In this document: one piece after another, positions 28,156 to 38,254 of the stretch | Layout of the letters: every line of letters starts with the position of its first letter | How positions within the stretch are numbered: position 1 is the first letter of the stretch | Virus record (IMG/VR): IMGVR_UViG_3300042454_000021 | Span: 32,001 to 96,000 of that record | Source: a virus | DNA length: 64,000 nt | Direction: 5' to 3' (one strand) | Position numbers and translations under genes: made by a program | The notes under the pieces: generated by a model | Databases searched by the model: none | Told to the model about the DNA's origin: nothing | What the model saw: the letters and a program-made list of their open reading frames with translations, nothing else

Positions 28156-28894
28156 TGATGAAATCTTTTAACATTTGATTATAATCTTTATCCCAATGAG
28201 GATTAAGTGTGACTTCGCCTACAGGAACATTTCCTTTGCGTCTTTCTCTTTCTATATGAGCACTATGTCTTTGTATAGCGTTGAGTTTTCCAGAATGATC
28301 TGTACCCTCACCACTCATATGATATCCTCTACCACCCCACATATAGAACCAACTAGCTTCTTCTTTAGGTGGCTTAGCAAACAGCCTTCCCCCATAAGCA
28401 TTGATGTTTTCAATAAAAGTCATATCATATCCAGCATTCTCAAGAGGATGCCCTCCTATAGCTTTCCAAGCTGACTTTCTAAAAACAATACCAGAGTTAC
28501 CTATCCAACCAACTTGTTCAATACCTGTAATGTGACATAGTACACCTACTTCCCAATGAATAATGTTTACATCATTAGTCATGTATTTAACTACATTCTG
28601 TAAATGATTTGGTAGGGCTACATCATCATCATCCCATTGACATATAATTTCTCCTTGACACATCTCTGTTGCATAGTTTTCTTTTTCTCCTATGGTATCA
28701 AAAGTTTTGTCTAGGTTAACTATCTTAACTTGTGGATGATCAAATACAAGAGTTTGTAAAGGATAATCATTAACTATGATAAGCTCACACTTGTCAGCAG
28801 GATAGTCCTGCTTGAGGAAAGATTCTACACTCTCCTCAAGCGTGGACACTCTACCATAAGTTATACACTTACATGAAATGAAAGGTAGTTCCAT
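28142..28894 (-). CDS. GT2 glycosyltransferase
   Basis: CITYGR, FLKQDY, IIVND, QWDDDD. Confidence 0.85.
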   Translation of the reverse strand: MELPFISCKCITYGRVSTLEESVESFLKQDYPADKCELIIVNDYPLQTLVFDHPQVKIVNLDKTFDTIGEKENYATEMCQGEIICQWDDDDVALPNHLQNVVKYMTNDVNIIHWEVGVLCHITGIEQVGWIGNSGIVFRKSAWKAIGGHPLENAGYDMTFIENINAYGGRLFAKPPKEEASWFYMWGGRGYHMSGEGTDHSGKLNAIQRHSAHIERERRKGNVPVGEVTLNPHWDKDYNQMLKDFINANK

Positions 28895-28895
28895 A

Positions 28896-29183
28896 TTACC
28901 AAACTAAAATCACATCAAATGGTGTAACTAATAACTTATTCTCATCACCAATAGGAATCACTGGGGCTTTACCTAATGCTCCTGGATCAACTAAGATCTT
29001 ATCACCTATGTTAATGCTAGTAACAAGATCACCTACAGCATGTACTGTAAGCTTATTAAGTTTCTGCATCATCTCTCTTTCAAGAGCTTCTTTTGTGTTC
29101 TCGTCCACAATAAGTTTACCTTCATCTTTCTTAGGAAGGTCTAAAAGGATTCTATTTCCTAGTAATTTTTTAAAATCTGCCAT
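28896..29183 (-). CDS. groES: GroES/Cpn10-like co-chaperonin
   Basis: LGNRILL...VHAVG..V..I.IGDKIL...DVILV pattern. Confidence 0.65.
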   Translation of the reverse strand: MADFKKLLGNRILLDLPKKDEGKLIVDENTKEALEREMMQKLNKLTVHAVGDLVTSINIGDKILVDPGALGKAPVIPIGDENKLLVTPFDVILVW

Positions 29184-29458
29184 TATGCTTCAATGTTTGT
29201 TAGTTTTTTAAATCTTATAATGTCATCACCTTTCAAATGAATATCTGATTGGAAGATGTCACGCTTACGTTGTACACCTATCACCTTATTAGTCTTAGGA
29301 TTAAGTGTAGGAACCTCTTCAACACGCTCATGGATATCATCTAGTAATACTACTAGCTCATCATCAAATGCAATGCTGCGAATTACTTTATTCACATTGA
29401 AAGAGTCTGTAAACTCTTTGTCACCCTCTTTACGAGTGTAGAAAAATTGATTTGTCAT
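29183..29458 (-). CDS. Hypothetical protein
   Basis: Coupled in operon. Confidence 0.6.
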   Translation of the reverse strand: MTNQFFYTRKEGDKEFTDSFNVNKVIRSIAFDDELVVLLDDIHERVEEVPTLNPKTNKVIGVQRKRDIFQSDIHLKGDDIIRFKKLTNIEA

Positions 29459-29868
29459 TGGTTTATTTTGTTTAAAATTGCAATACGTCTTCTGTTAACT
29501 TCTTCAAATCTGTACATATCATTCTCTACAGATTCATGTTCTGGTAAAGTTAATAAAATAATATTAGATTTATCATATTGTAGTTCAGGATATTTACTCT
29601 TAGGGAGGATGTGATGAAAGAATGTTGATAATGCTTCTCCTCCTAGATAATCTCCACTCACTTCTGAGTAATGTTTGCGTTCTTTCCAGATTTCTAAGAA
29701 CAAGTTTCTCATTGTCTCTATCTTAGTCTTCTGCACAAACATGTCACGCTTAGCTGCTATCAGCCCACCTCGTTTAGGAGTGATGGGTTTACGCTTGATG
29801 TGACTCAAACATAAACCCTTACTCCATACAGGCTTATCACAATTTTCTACAGAACATGATTTTGCCAT
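29455..29868 (-). CDS. HNH-like nuclease
   Basis: N-terminal CSVENC..LCLSH zinc motif; HHILPKSKYP...NI..LT..EH. Confidence 0.6.
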   Translation of the reverse strand: MAKSCSVENCDKPVWSKGLCLSHIKRKPITPKRGGLIAAKRDMFVQKTKIETMRNLFLEIWKERKHYSEVSGDYLGGEALSTFFHHILPKSKYPELQYDKSNIILLTLPEHESVENDMYRFEEVNRRRIAILNKINQ

Positions 29869-30142
29869 CTTGTTTTTCTATTAGAAGATTGAGATAAGTT
29901 TGGGCCTTCTTTAAATCTTCCAGCCCATTCTTACGTCTCCATCTCAGTAAATACTTTAACACATTACCTTCCAGAAAGTCTAATCCATACTCATTAGCTA
30001 TATCGATTACATCAAAGGCATATCCTTTGTAATGATCTGGATGTACAGGTCTTTCCATCTGACCTATTTCATCCATTTCTAGTCTATTTTTTAATGTATT
30101 ACCTTGTAGCCTATGCTCAATTTCCTGTTGATCCATGTCCAT
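29837..30142 (-). CDS. DUF3310 / T7 gp1.7-like nucleotide kinase
   Basis: HPDHY, GNVLKYLLR..RKNGLEDLKKA. Confidence 0.8.
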   Translation of the reverse strand: MDMDQQEIEHRLQGNTLKNRLEMDEIGQMERPVHPDHYKGYAFDVIDIANEYGLDFLEGNVLKYLLRWRRKNGLEDLKKAQTYLNLLIEKQDGKIMFCRKL

Positions 30143-30542
30143 CTGTTCCTCTTTGTGTTTCTGATAGTTCTTCTACTTCTACATATTTTGCTAATGGTAC
30201 TGGTATAATTACTAGCTGAGCAATACGATCACCTATTTTATATAGTTCTCTAGTATTGTGGTTAGTTTTAATATTAAATGTTACCATTATCTCACCTCTA
30301 TATCCACTATCTATTACACCTACAGAGTTAGCCATACTTAGTGCGTAGTTACGTACAGAGGAACGTGGGAACACAAGTCCCACCATTCCTTCTGGTATCT
30401 CTACAGCAAGTCCTGTACCATATACTATTTGAGACTCTGTTGCCCAAGCAACTGTAGCTACAAGATCTGCACCTGCATCTCCTGGTTTGCCAAACTTAGG
30501 CTTCTGTGCCTCTGGATTCAACTTCTTGAAGTGTATCTTCAT
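30117..30542 (-). CDS. dut: Trimeric dUTPase
   Basis: AGADL, PRSS, GVIDSGYRGEI, RIAQL, RGTDGHGSTG. Confidence 0.95.
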   Translation of the reverse strand: MKIHFKKLNPEAQKPKFGKPGDAGADLVATVAWATESQIVYGTGLAVEIPEGMVGLVFPRSSVRNYALSMANSVGVIDSGYRGEIMVTFNIKTNHNTRELYKIGDRIAQLVIIPVPLAKYVEVEELSETQRGTDGHGSTGN

Positions 30543-31563
30543 CTTCTGTTTCGTTTATTTCGTTTACGTTATTAATTTTATCCACAATATCCTGACGCAG
30601 TTTGTCAAAGAATTCTTCATTGTCTGTTAGTAGAGTTCTAAACTCGTCAAGCTCATACTTGATCTCATTGTATGTAATAGTCTTACCATACTTACGTAAG
30701 ATTGCAAGGTCACTAGCCATGTCCATGATCTCTAACATACGATCAATACCTACGCCAAACAATATCTCAAACTCTACACCCTTGAAAGGAGGAGCCATCT
30801 TGTTCTTGATAGTCTTAATCTTAGTTAGATTACCATAAGCTTCTGTACCTTCCTTAGCAAGAGTCTTACTAACTTCTACGCGCACATCACTATAGAACTT
30901 TAATGCATGACCACCTTGAGTTGTTCTAGGATCACCAAACATTACACCAATCTTCTCACGATATTGACTTACTACAATAACACATGTCTGGTGCTTAGAT
31001 AGAATACCCTTTAACTTAGGATAGACATCACTGTTAAGCTTAGCTTTTCTACCAATAGAACTATCACCCACCTCACCATCTAAGACTTTCTTAGGGATTA
31101 AAGATGAATCTGAGTCAATGATAACAAGATCAATCTCTCCAGTGTTAATCATATCCATAGCAATTTGGAAACCCTCCTCGCCACAAGTTGGCTGAGAGAT
31201 TAGCATACTTGCAATATCTACACCTAGAGCAGTGAAGTAGTTAGGATCAACAGCATGCTCGCCATCGATGTACAACACCTTACCACCATTAGATTGACAG
31301 TTAGCTACAGCATGTCCACAGATAGTAGATTTACCACTACCCTCCCAACCTACAAGTTCATAAAGTTTCCCTTTAACGAAACCTCCCACACCTAGAGCGA
31401 TGTGGTCAAATGCAATAGATCCTGTAGAAATAAGATCATATTCATTGTGGTTTTTATCACCTAAGGATAAGATAGTACCCACGCCATACTTTTTGTTGAG
31501 CGCATCTAATGCGTCATCCAGCTTAGATTTACCTGAAGCTGCTTCTGTTTGCTTTTTTGCCAT
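30496..31563 (-). CDS. recA: RecA recombinase
   Basis: GWEGSGKST, IDGEHA, GGHALKFY, KNKMAPPF; likely start ATG 31563. Confidence 0.95.
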   Translation of the reverse strand: MAKKQTEAASGKSKLDDALDALNKKYGVGTILSLGDKNHNEYDLISTGSIAFDHIALGVGGFVKGKLYELVGWEGSGKSTICGHAVANCQSNGGKVLYIDGEHAVDPNYFTALGVDIASMLISQPTCGEEGFQIAMDMINTGEIDLVIIDSDSSLIPKKVLDGEVGDSSIGRKAKLNSDVYPKLKGILSKHQTCVIVVSQYREKIGVMFGDPRTTQGGHALKFYSDVRVEVSKTLAKEGTEAYGNLTKIKTIKNKMAPPFKGVEFEILFGVGIDRMLEIMDMASDLAILRKYGKTITYNEIKYELDEFRTLLTDNEEFFDKLRQDIVDKINNVNEINETEDEDTLQEVESRGTEA

Positions 31564-31612
31564 TTCGTTTATTTTTTTGTTATATAAAGTTACAAATAAT
31601 TCATTAAAAAAG

Positions 31613-31645
31613 AAATAGCCTAGAAGCAAAACCTCTAGGCTATTT
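31613..31645 (-). terminator. Intrinsic terminator
   Basis: AAATAGCCTAGA / TCTAGGCTATTT stem followed by a T-run on the - strand. Confidence 0.75.
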
Positions 31646-31667
31646 GGAACTCTACACAATCTAAATA

Positions 31668-31778
31668 CTAATCTTTAGAGCCCTTCACCCACTTAGGAGT
31701 GTAAGGACAATTTGAACATTTACTGCCACAGCAGGAGCCTCTACTTGCTAAGAACTCCTTAGACAAGCTCGCAGGCAC
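31668..31778 (-). CDS. Small Cys-rich protein (DUF5522-like; not in ORF track)
   Basis: LSKEFLASRGSCCGSKCSNCPY; GTG start overlapping the nrdJ 3' end. Confidence 0.6.
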   Translation of the reverse strand: MPASLSKEFLASRGSCCGSKCSNCPYTPKWVKGSKD

Positions 31779-33684
31779 CTCCACCACAGGCAACTGATTC
31801 GTTGAAGTTAACTGTATCATCTATCTCTTTGATTTTAGTGATATCGATTTCTTTAAGTTCACCAATAAGTGAATTATATTTCTCTTCAGTGATGTCCTCA
31901 AAAGGAGCTTGCTGATAAGACCCACCCCAATAAGGTAGTACAGACAAACCATTATAGAACTCACGATTCTCCCACATCCAATCACCTACAGCTTCCCACT
32001 CATCCATATATCCACCTTCTGCTGGATTATACTGAGTGCCTTCACCATCATTCATATTAACTGCAATATACTTTCTAGTGCTATCAATAGAAATAGTAGC
32101 TGATACGTTGTGTGTATTGTCACCATGTACATGTCCTGCATTAATCCAATCAGTAGAGAAATGTTTAACTCTTTCTAATGTATCAAGAGCAGTTTCTGTA
32201 CGAAGGATAGAATCCTCTGGTGCCTTAACAGGAATGCGTACACAGATGGTATCTTGTGGGCGTAACACATCATCTTCTACTAACTCTGGATGATTAGTCA
32301 TTAGATACTGTGCAATGTCTTCGTTCTTGTTAAAACGCATTGTACGTAAATAATAATCGTTATGCCAAGCATGAATACCAGATGCTGTTCCCAATACCAA
32401 TGACGTTGTACCTGAAGGTTTAACACAACTAATACGAGCTGCTTCATTAATACCAGTCTTCTCAGAAATCATTTGATTAACTTTCTTAGCTACATTAGCT
32501 GCCATCTTTAAGTCATACTTCATAATCTCTCCACTTCCTATACCAGTCATACCAATACCTAATAAGGCATCGTGTTGAGTTGTTTTAGCCCAGATAGGAC
32601 GAAGGTAGTGGAAGTCAGTAAAGCCTGCCTGTAATGTACCAAAGAACGCAGCTGCACCTACACGATTGTTAAGATCATACTGGTCTTCTATATCACTTAC
32701 ATTAACCTCACATAAGTTACAGAACTGATAAGGACGTAGAGCAATCTCACAACATGGGTTGGTTCCCCAATCTTTGTTGTTACTCCAATACAATCCTGGT
32801 TCTCCACTTCCTGATGCTTCTATACGTTTCCATAAAGCAAAGAACTCTTCTTGACTAACTTCTCCACGCTTTAATACAGCAGAGTTGTTAGCACGTCCAC
32901 GTTGTTCGTTAGTCTCCCACCAGTTGCCATACTTACATGTAATCATTTCTTCTTCATCATGATCAAATAAAGAGATCATAGCTGAACGACGAATACCACC
33001 TGCAAGAACAGAGTTAGCGATATGACATAAGATATCATGGCAGTCTAGTGGAGATAACTTCTCACCTTCAGCCTTTCTATCTAACATAGCCTGAACATGT
33101 GTAAGACATAACTTCAATGGCTCTGGTCCTGGTGCCTTACCACCAGCTGTAACTAGACGCGCACCTTTCTCACGAACAGCACGATAGTCAAACTTTGGTA
33201 AGAATGATCCTTCAAGATAGGCTTTCATTAACACCTTTACAGCATCAGCCCATCCCATGATAGAATCTTCAACTAGATAGGTACGACCTTTACCTGGTTT
33301 CTTGATAGCTGGTAGCTCAGCTACGTGATGACGTTGTACACTATATCCTACACCTGTACCACCTAATAATAAGAACATACTTTCAGAGAAACTATGTAAG
33401 CTATCAATAGGTAGGTAACAACAGTTGTAAATACGTGCGTTGTTTACTTCAGCAGCAGCACCAGCAAATTGTAGTGCTCTCATAGAAGGCAAGATCTTCT
33501 TGTCTCTAATCATTGGAATAGACTCCTTGATTGACTCCTCTAAATAAGGATACTTCTTGATCATCATTGCCTCATAACGACTAATGATTTCATCCCATGT
33601 CTCTCTCCTGTTCAGCTCAGGAATAAACTTTGCATACTTGCTGAATACTGTTATTTTACTCAAGGCTTCTAATCCTAAATCCAT
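31759..33684 (-). CDS. nrdJ: Class II (adenosylcobalamin-dependent, monomeric RTPR-type) ribonucleotide reductase
   Basis: RRETW, YNCC, GGIRRSA, GTNPCCEI, VKPSGT, C-terminal CGGGAC. Confidence 0.92.
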   Translation of the reverse strand: MDLGLEALSKITVFSKYAKFIPELNRRETWDEIISRYEAMMIKKYPYLEESIKESIPMIRDKKILPSMRALQFAGAAAEVNNARIYNCCYLPIDSLHSFSESMFLLLGGTGVGYSVQRHHVAELPAIKKPGKGRTYLVEDSIMGWADAVKVLMKAYLEGSFLPKFDYRAVREKGARLVTAGGKAPGPEPLKLCLTHVQAMLDRKAEGEKLSPLDCHDILCHIANSVLAGGIRRSAMISLFDHDEEEMITCKYGNWWETNEQRGRANNSAVLKRGEVSQEEFFALWKRIEASGSGEPGLYWSNNKDWGTNPCCEIALRPYQFCNLCEVNVSDIEDQYDLNNRVGAAAFFGTLQAGFTDFHYLRPIWAKTTQHDALLGIGMTGIGSGEIMKYDLKMAANVAKKVNQMISEKTGINEAARISCVKPSGTTSLVLGTASGIHAWHNDYYLRTMRFNKNEDIAQYLMTNHPELVEDDVLRPQDTICVRIPVKAPEDSILRTETALDTLERVKHFSTDWINAGHVHGDNTHNVSATISIDSTRKYIAVNMNDGEGTQYNPAEGGYMDEWEAVGDWMWENREFYNGLSVLPYWGGSYQQAPFEDITEEKYNSLIGELKEIDITKIKEIDDTVNFNESVACGGGACELV

Positions 33685-33716
33685 ACATTTAATTGTTTAT
33701 GTGTTGTTAAAAAAAT

Positions 33717-33746
33717 AAGGGCTACAAATGTAACTTTGTAACCCTT
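33717..33746 (-). promoter_or_regulatory. Inverted repeat overlapping a TACATTTG -7 element upstream of nrdJ
   Basis: AAGGGCTACAAA-TGTAAC-TTTGTAACCCTT. Confidence 0.45.
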
Positions 33747-33774
33747 ACCAAACAACCACTTTTGAAAATTAACT

Positions 33775-34176
33775 TTAACCATTTTCCTTATCACTAACTG
33801 ATTTAGTTAATGTTGATTCAAGTTGCTTAATTGCAGTTTCTACAGCAATTTTATCAGCTTCTTTTCTAGTCTTATAAACTTCACTTGACCCACTAGTACC
33901 TATATTAGCTATTATAGAATAGCTAAATGATCCATCAGAAAAAGGTGTAACATTTATATACATATTATGACTATCAAAGAAATCAAATAGGTTTCTAGGA
34001 TTACCATCTATGATAGCGCCAACATTATTATTGTCTATTCCTTCTTCTCTGATGCTTTCCTTAAAGTCTTCAGGTAATCCTTCATGCTTTAAAGATTCAA
34101 TCATAATTTCCAAATAATAGCTACATATAAGCTTAGCAGATTCTGGGTTCTGCTCTAATAATTCTTTTCCTTTCAT
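33775..34176 (-). CDS. Hypothetical protein
   Basis: In operon. Confidence 0.6.
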   Translation of the reverse strand: MKGKELLEQNPESAKLICSYYLEIMIESLKHEGLPEDFKESIREEGIDNNNVGAIIDGNPRNLFDFFDSHNMYINVTPFSDGSFSYSIIANIGTSGSSEVYKTRKEADKIAVETAIKQLESTLTKSVSDKENG

Positions 34177-34730
34177 ACTAATTCTTCTTGTTTAATTTTA
34201 TCTAAATCTAAAACTTCATTATCTATATCAAAGCCATTCCATACCTCCATATCTTCTGTAAACTGCATGTCGAGTCTATCTTCCCAATATGTACGTAAGT
34301 CATCTGTCTTTTTAAAGATTCTATATTGTAAAGATATTTCATCTTTATGTAAACCACTTTTTATAATCTTAATAACTTTTGGAAAATCATCTTGAAACTC
34401 TTGAGATGTTTGAGAATACAAACCTTCTTTAACAAGTGCAAAATCTTTCTTCCATTTCTTATCTAATGTATACACTACCACTACAAAACCATCTTCATAA
34501 TCATAATCATCGATGATTTGCTTTGTACGCTCAGCTTCACTGTCTAAGAATTCTCTAAATTGATCAATATTACGTGGTTGAAATAAGAGATATACAGCAT
34601 TTTGATACTGTATGTCTCTTCTAACGTCGCTCATATAACCATTTAGATAGCCATTTTCTTTCAGCTTATCTCTATTGATTTTAAGAGTGGGCACTATAAA
34701 TATACTTGTGATTGTTTTCTTTAACTCCAT
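34173..34730 (-). CDS. Hypothetical protein
   Basis: In operon next to the PD-(D/E)XK nuclease. Confidence 0.65.
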   Translation of the reverse strand: MELKKTITSIFIVPTLKINRDKLKENGYLNGYMSDVRRDIQYQNAVYLLFQPRNIDQFREFLDSEAERTKQIIDDYDYEDGFVVVVYTLDKKWKKDFALVKEGLYSQTSQEFQDDFPKVIKIIKSGLHKDEISLQYRIFKKTDDLRTYWEDRLDMQFTEDMEVWNGFDIDNEVLDLDKIKQEELV

Positions 34731-35777
34731 TTATCCTTTTATGTTTACAATGCCACCATTTGAATAATTCTTACGAGATATATTCCATACGTCATTTTCA
34801 ATAGCCCACTTAAGATCGTCTATTGTTTCTAATACGCCTGGATATTTATATCCTTTTAGATCAAATCCATCTCTAGCATTTGTCATGTCTTCTGTATCTA
34901 GTGTATAGATGAGAGGACTAAAATAGTTAGTGCTATCACAGACAATGAAGCTAGGATATTTAACTTTATATCCTGCATCTACTAAGTCTTGGAAATGAAA
35001 ATGACCTGCATGCCAATACAAGAATGCTTGGATGTAAGCTCTTCTATAAAGATAATATTCTTTATAGAAACCTTCAACACTCCAAGTACATTTTAAATCA
35101 TAAATTTGTATTGTTTGTGTATGATGATCTACAATAACTTTATCCATCATACTTTTAAATTTATGACCATGCACTTGATAGTTTTCTACCTGGAGCTGAT
35201 TATGCACATCATATCTAGCTGTTTGATCTTGATTAACTATAGATGCAGTGATAGGATTAGTCCTTAATTCTGTCACAATTCTTTCACAATTTGTGACATC
35301 ATTAATGCTAACAACTGTCATGCCTTTTCTCCTAACCAACATAATCTCATCAAAATACGCCTCTGCTTCAGAGTCTATGAACTTCTTCATGACAGCTTCA
35401 TACGTAATCTTGAATCCTGAATCTTTATACGCATCTTGTGCCACATCACTGAATTCACGAGTTATCTCTCCTGATTCATTTGTAGCTTCCTTCATATATT
35501 TATATAAAGCTTCTACAAAATCTAACATTAATCCTGTTGGTACACTTTGACATGTAGATAGATAGAACTTCTCATCAAACAACTCTGGTTCCATAAGCTT
35601 AGTTTCTACTAACCTACCCATAGTTGCTGCCTTACTGTCCTCATCCTCCACTTTATCACCAAGTACATACTTACGATAATACTTCTTTCTGTCTTGTGAA
35701 AACTCTTTTAGACTAGAAGAGCTATCCATTACGATAGCTCTATAACTTGCTTCTGTTTTAACTGATCCTTTAATCAT
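34731..35777 (-). CDS. PD-(D/E)XK exonuclease (RecE/ExoVIII-like)
   Basis: SSSSLK, KSMMDKV...IYDLKCT, Y.Q..LY. Confidence 0.8.
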   Translation of the reverse strand: MIKGSVKTEASYRAIVMDSSSSLKEFSQDRKKYYRKYVLGDKVEDEDSKAATMGRLVETKLMEPELFDEKFYLSTCQSVPTGLMLDFVEALYKYMKEATNESGEITREFSDVAQDAYKDSGFKITYEAVMKKFIDSEAEAYFDEIMLVRRKGMTVVSINDVTNCERIVTELRTNPITASIVNQDQTARYDVHNQLQVENYQVHGHKFKSMMDKVIVDHHTQTIQIYDLKCTWSVEGFYKEYYLYRRAYIQAFLYWHAGHFHFQDLVDAGYKVKYPSFIVCDSTNYFSPLIYTLDTEDMTNARDGFDLKGYKYPGVLETIDDLKWAIENDVWNISRKNYSNGGIVNIKG

Positions 35778-36027
35778 TTTGTTTTTTGTTTTGTGATTCG
35801 TAATATGCTTCTACTATTTGGTCATGCATTCCTCGTACCTCTACAGGAACACGTTTAAACCACCACTTAACTTCTACTTCGTATTCTCTACCCTGCTCAT
35901 CTAATCCTCTAGGATTAACTAGCCAGAAGTTATACGTTTTACCATTAAACTCTACAGATCCTTCATACCATATCTCTGTGAATGAAGAATTCTTATTGAT
36001 CGATACTGTTGCTTGTATTTCTCCCAT
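35770..36027 (-). CDS. Hypothetical protein
   Basis: In operon. Confidence 0.6.
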   Translation of the reverse strand: MGEIQATVSINKNSSFTEIWYEGSVEFNGKTYNFWLVNPRGLDEQGREYEVEVKWWFKRVPVEVRGMHDQIVEAYYESQNKKQND

Positions 36028-36242
36028 TATAGTTCGCTTATCTTTTTAGTTGGATTCCATAGGTAAGCAAACAATTCATACTGACGTCCTGAATCTGTCT
36101 TACCAACTATTTCATTTTGTAACTGATGTGGTGTCAAGATCATAACATCTTCTTTATGAATAATTATAAAGTCTTCACCTAACTTATAACATTTCCTAAC
36201 CTCATCTGAAGTTAAGTCTGCCCATTGTACTTTAGAGTCCAT
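36027..36242 (-). CDS. Hypothetical protein
   Basis: Probable start at MDSKVQW inside ORF 36027..36317. Confidence 0.5.
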   Translation of the reverse strand: MDSKVQWADLTSDEVRKCYKLGEDFIIIHKEDVMILTPHQLQNEIVGKTDSGRQYELFAYLWNPTKKISEL

Positions 36243-36672
36243 TTCTGGCTTGTACAACTTTTGTAGCTCCTTTTGCATCTTTTTCTGATTTTGTTTTAGC
36301 ATTGTGACATGTTTCACATAATACCTGTAGATTATCTACTTCACAAAACAGCCTCTCAATAAAATCAGGCAGGTCTTGTGCAGAATTAAGACTTCCTGCT
36401 GGGCAAATATGATCCACATTAATCTTCTTATCAGGAAACCAATTCTTACATTGATTACACTGGTATTCAAACTTCTGTCTCTTCAAAGGCCCTTTGTATA
36501 GGCGCTTTGCTTTAGCTTTAGCTTCAGAGATAGGTTTCCACCATCTTGACTTCTGTCTTAGTGCACTTCTAATGAAGGACCAAAACGCTGATTCTGTCAA
36601 AGTACCAGAGTTCCTTGTTTTAGGAACCCTGGATCTTTTTACTGGTATCTTTTTTACTATTCTCTTAGCCAT
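36232..36672 (-). CDS. HNH endonuclease
   Basis: CNQC, VDHICP, NLQVLCETCHNAKT. Confidence 0.85.
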   Translation of the reverse strand: MAKRIVKKIPVKRSRVPKTRNSGTLTESAFWSFIRSALRQKSRWWKPISEAKAKAKRLYKGPLKRQKFEYQCNQCKNWFPDKKINVDHICPAGSLNSAQDLPDFIERLFCEVDNLQVLCETCHNAKTKSEKDAKGATKVVQARNGL

Positions 36673-36696
36673 GTTATTGTGTTGTAAGTTACAAAG

Positions 36697-38229
36697 CTAC
36701 ACAATAACTACTCTTCCTCCAATAACTTGCTTCATTTCATCAAGACTAGCAATGATGTTATCTACAGTTTTAGGATTGATAGTAGGGAAATTAAAGTTGT
36801 ACTTCTTAGCCTCAGCTGCGAATCCTTCTTTAACTTTCTCTGCTAAGTTATCAAGCTCCTGGATAGCATAGGCGTCATCCAACTGCATAGTATCAAAGTC
36901 TAGATCATGCAATATAGATGTAGCCTCCTCACGTGGTACAGTCATGATTGGTAGATACTCATAACATCTACCTTTGTGCTCACCAATGCCCACAACCTTC
37001 ATAGGATTGATTAACACTAACATAGACTGATCACCACATCCTACATAGTGAATCTGATCTGCTGTAAAGTGTAAACCTGCTGCTGCACAATCTTGTGTAG
37101 ACCAGTTACACTCTTCCATAGGCATCTTTACAGGAACGCCTACACGAATGTCAAACGTCTTAGTCCAGTCGTCTGTGAAACGATTCTCTGCACGATTAGG
37201 GAGATCAAGATATAAATCTGTCAAGTTACCAATTCTCTCACCATGATCTACAGTCCATGTATTAGTGTGCTCATACTCATCTACCTCTCCTGATCCACCA
37301 CATTGCTCACATTCTAGCCATCTGTCATCATCAAAATCATAGAATTCACGATCTTCATCATCAGCATCCCAACCACCTTCTCCTAGACAATCTGGACATG
37401 TTGTAGTTTTATGAGTTTCCTCTTTAAAATAGTCATCATGATGTACAAGTTTGTACTCACCATTTTGTAAGAATACGCCATAATTATCAGGGCTCTTCTT
37501 CCACACAGCTTTCACCTTGTTGTAGCTATTGCTAATAAAGTGTACAAGCTCTGCACCACCATGCAATGTAACTACATTACGTAATGCAACAAAGAAACCT
37601 TGCTTAGTGATTCTAAAGCTGTTGTCTTTTAAGAATCGAAATAACTCATCAGCTACCTCAGCACGTGGATTTAAACAACACCACATCCAGAAACGCTTTA
37701 AGCCTTCCCAACGCTCATTAACTTCGTCATCATTCCAATCTTCTTGAAACAAGATGATGAATTCCTCAATCAATAACTGAGGCATGCTGCGATCAATACC
37801 TGTCATATACAAAGCACCATCACGCTCTTCAAACTCATCTTCTGCAAAATCGATTAAACTCTTGATACCTGCTGATAATGATTCATTGCGCTTAACTTCT
37901 TCTTCAAACTTACGTTTCTCTTCTAGTCCTTCTTTAGAACTACATACAGTGAATAGCTCCATTTCAGTTTTTGAGTTACGAGCACGATTGAAATCATCAA
38001 TTGTAGCAGGATATTTACTAACGATGTTACCATCATTAAGAATAATAGTTAATACGTCATTTACAAACTTGATGTTTGAATATGGCTTAAGAAGAATTGT
38101 ACTACTAGTATCGCTAGATGTAGTAGTAAGAGTGTACCCAGGAGCTGTTGTTTCTTTCAACAACATCTCTGCTAATTTTGTGTCTCTATCAATAAGAGAC
38201 TTGAAAAACTCTAAACTTGCATTGTTCAT
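36697..38229 (-). CDS. rIIB-like protein
   Basis: LNPR...ELFRFL, QDCAAAGLHF, VLINPMKVV, KGRCYEY; directly downstream of the rIIA-like gene. Confidence 0.8.
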   Translation of the reverse strand: MNNASLEFFKSLIDRDTKLAEMLLKETTAPGYTLTTTSSDTSSTILLKPYSNIKFVNDVLTIILNDGNIVSKYPATIDDFNRARNSKTEMELFTVCSSKEGLEEKRKFEEEVKRNESLSAGIKSLIDFAEDEFEERDGALYMTGIDRSMPQLLIEEFIILFQEDWNDDEVNERWEGLKRFWMWCCLNPRAEVADELFRFLKDNSFRITKQGFFVALRNVVTLHGGAELVHFISNSYNKVKAVWKKSPDNYGVFLQNGEYKLVHHDDYFKEETHKTTTCPDCLGEGGWDADDEDREFYDFDDDRWLECEQCGGSGEVDEYEHTNTWTVDHGERIGNLTDLYLDLPNRAENRFTDDWTKTFDIRVGVPVKMPMEECNWSTQDCAAAGLHFTADQIHYVGCGDQSMLVLINPMKVVGIGEHKGRCYEYLPIMTVPREEATSILHDLDFDTMQLDDAYAIQELDNLAEKVKEGFAAEAKKYNFNFPTINPKTVDNIIASLDEMKQVIGGRVVIV

Positions 38230-38254
38230 TTTGTGATTGTTTTAGTGTAGAATC

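Noticed and set aside
32000-32080. Short apparent insertion in NrdJ (RKYIAVNMNDGEGTQYNPAEGGY)
   Set aside because: Too short for an intein and most likely a variable surface loop; cannot be evaluated without an alignment.
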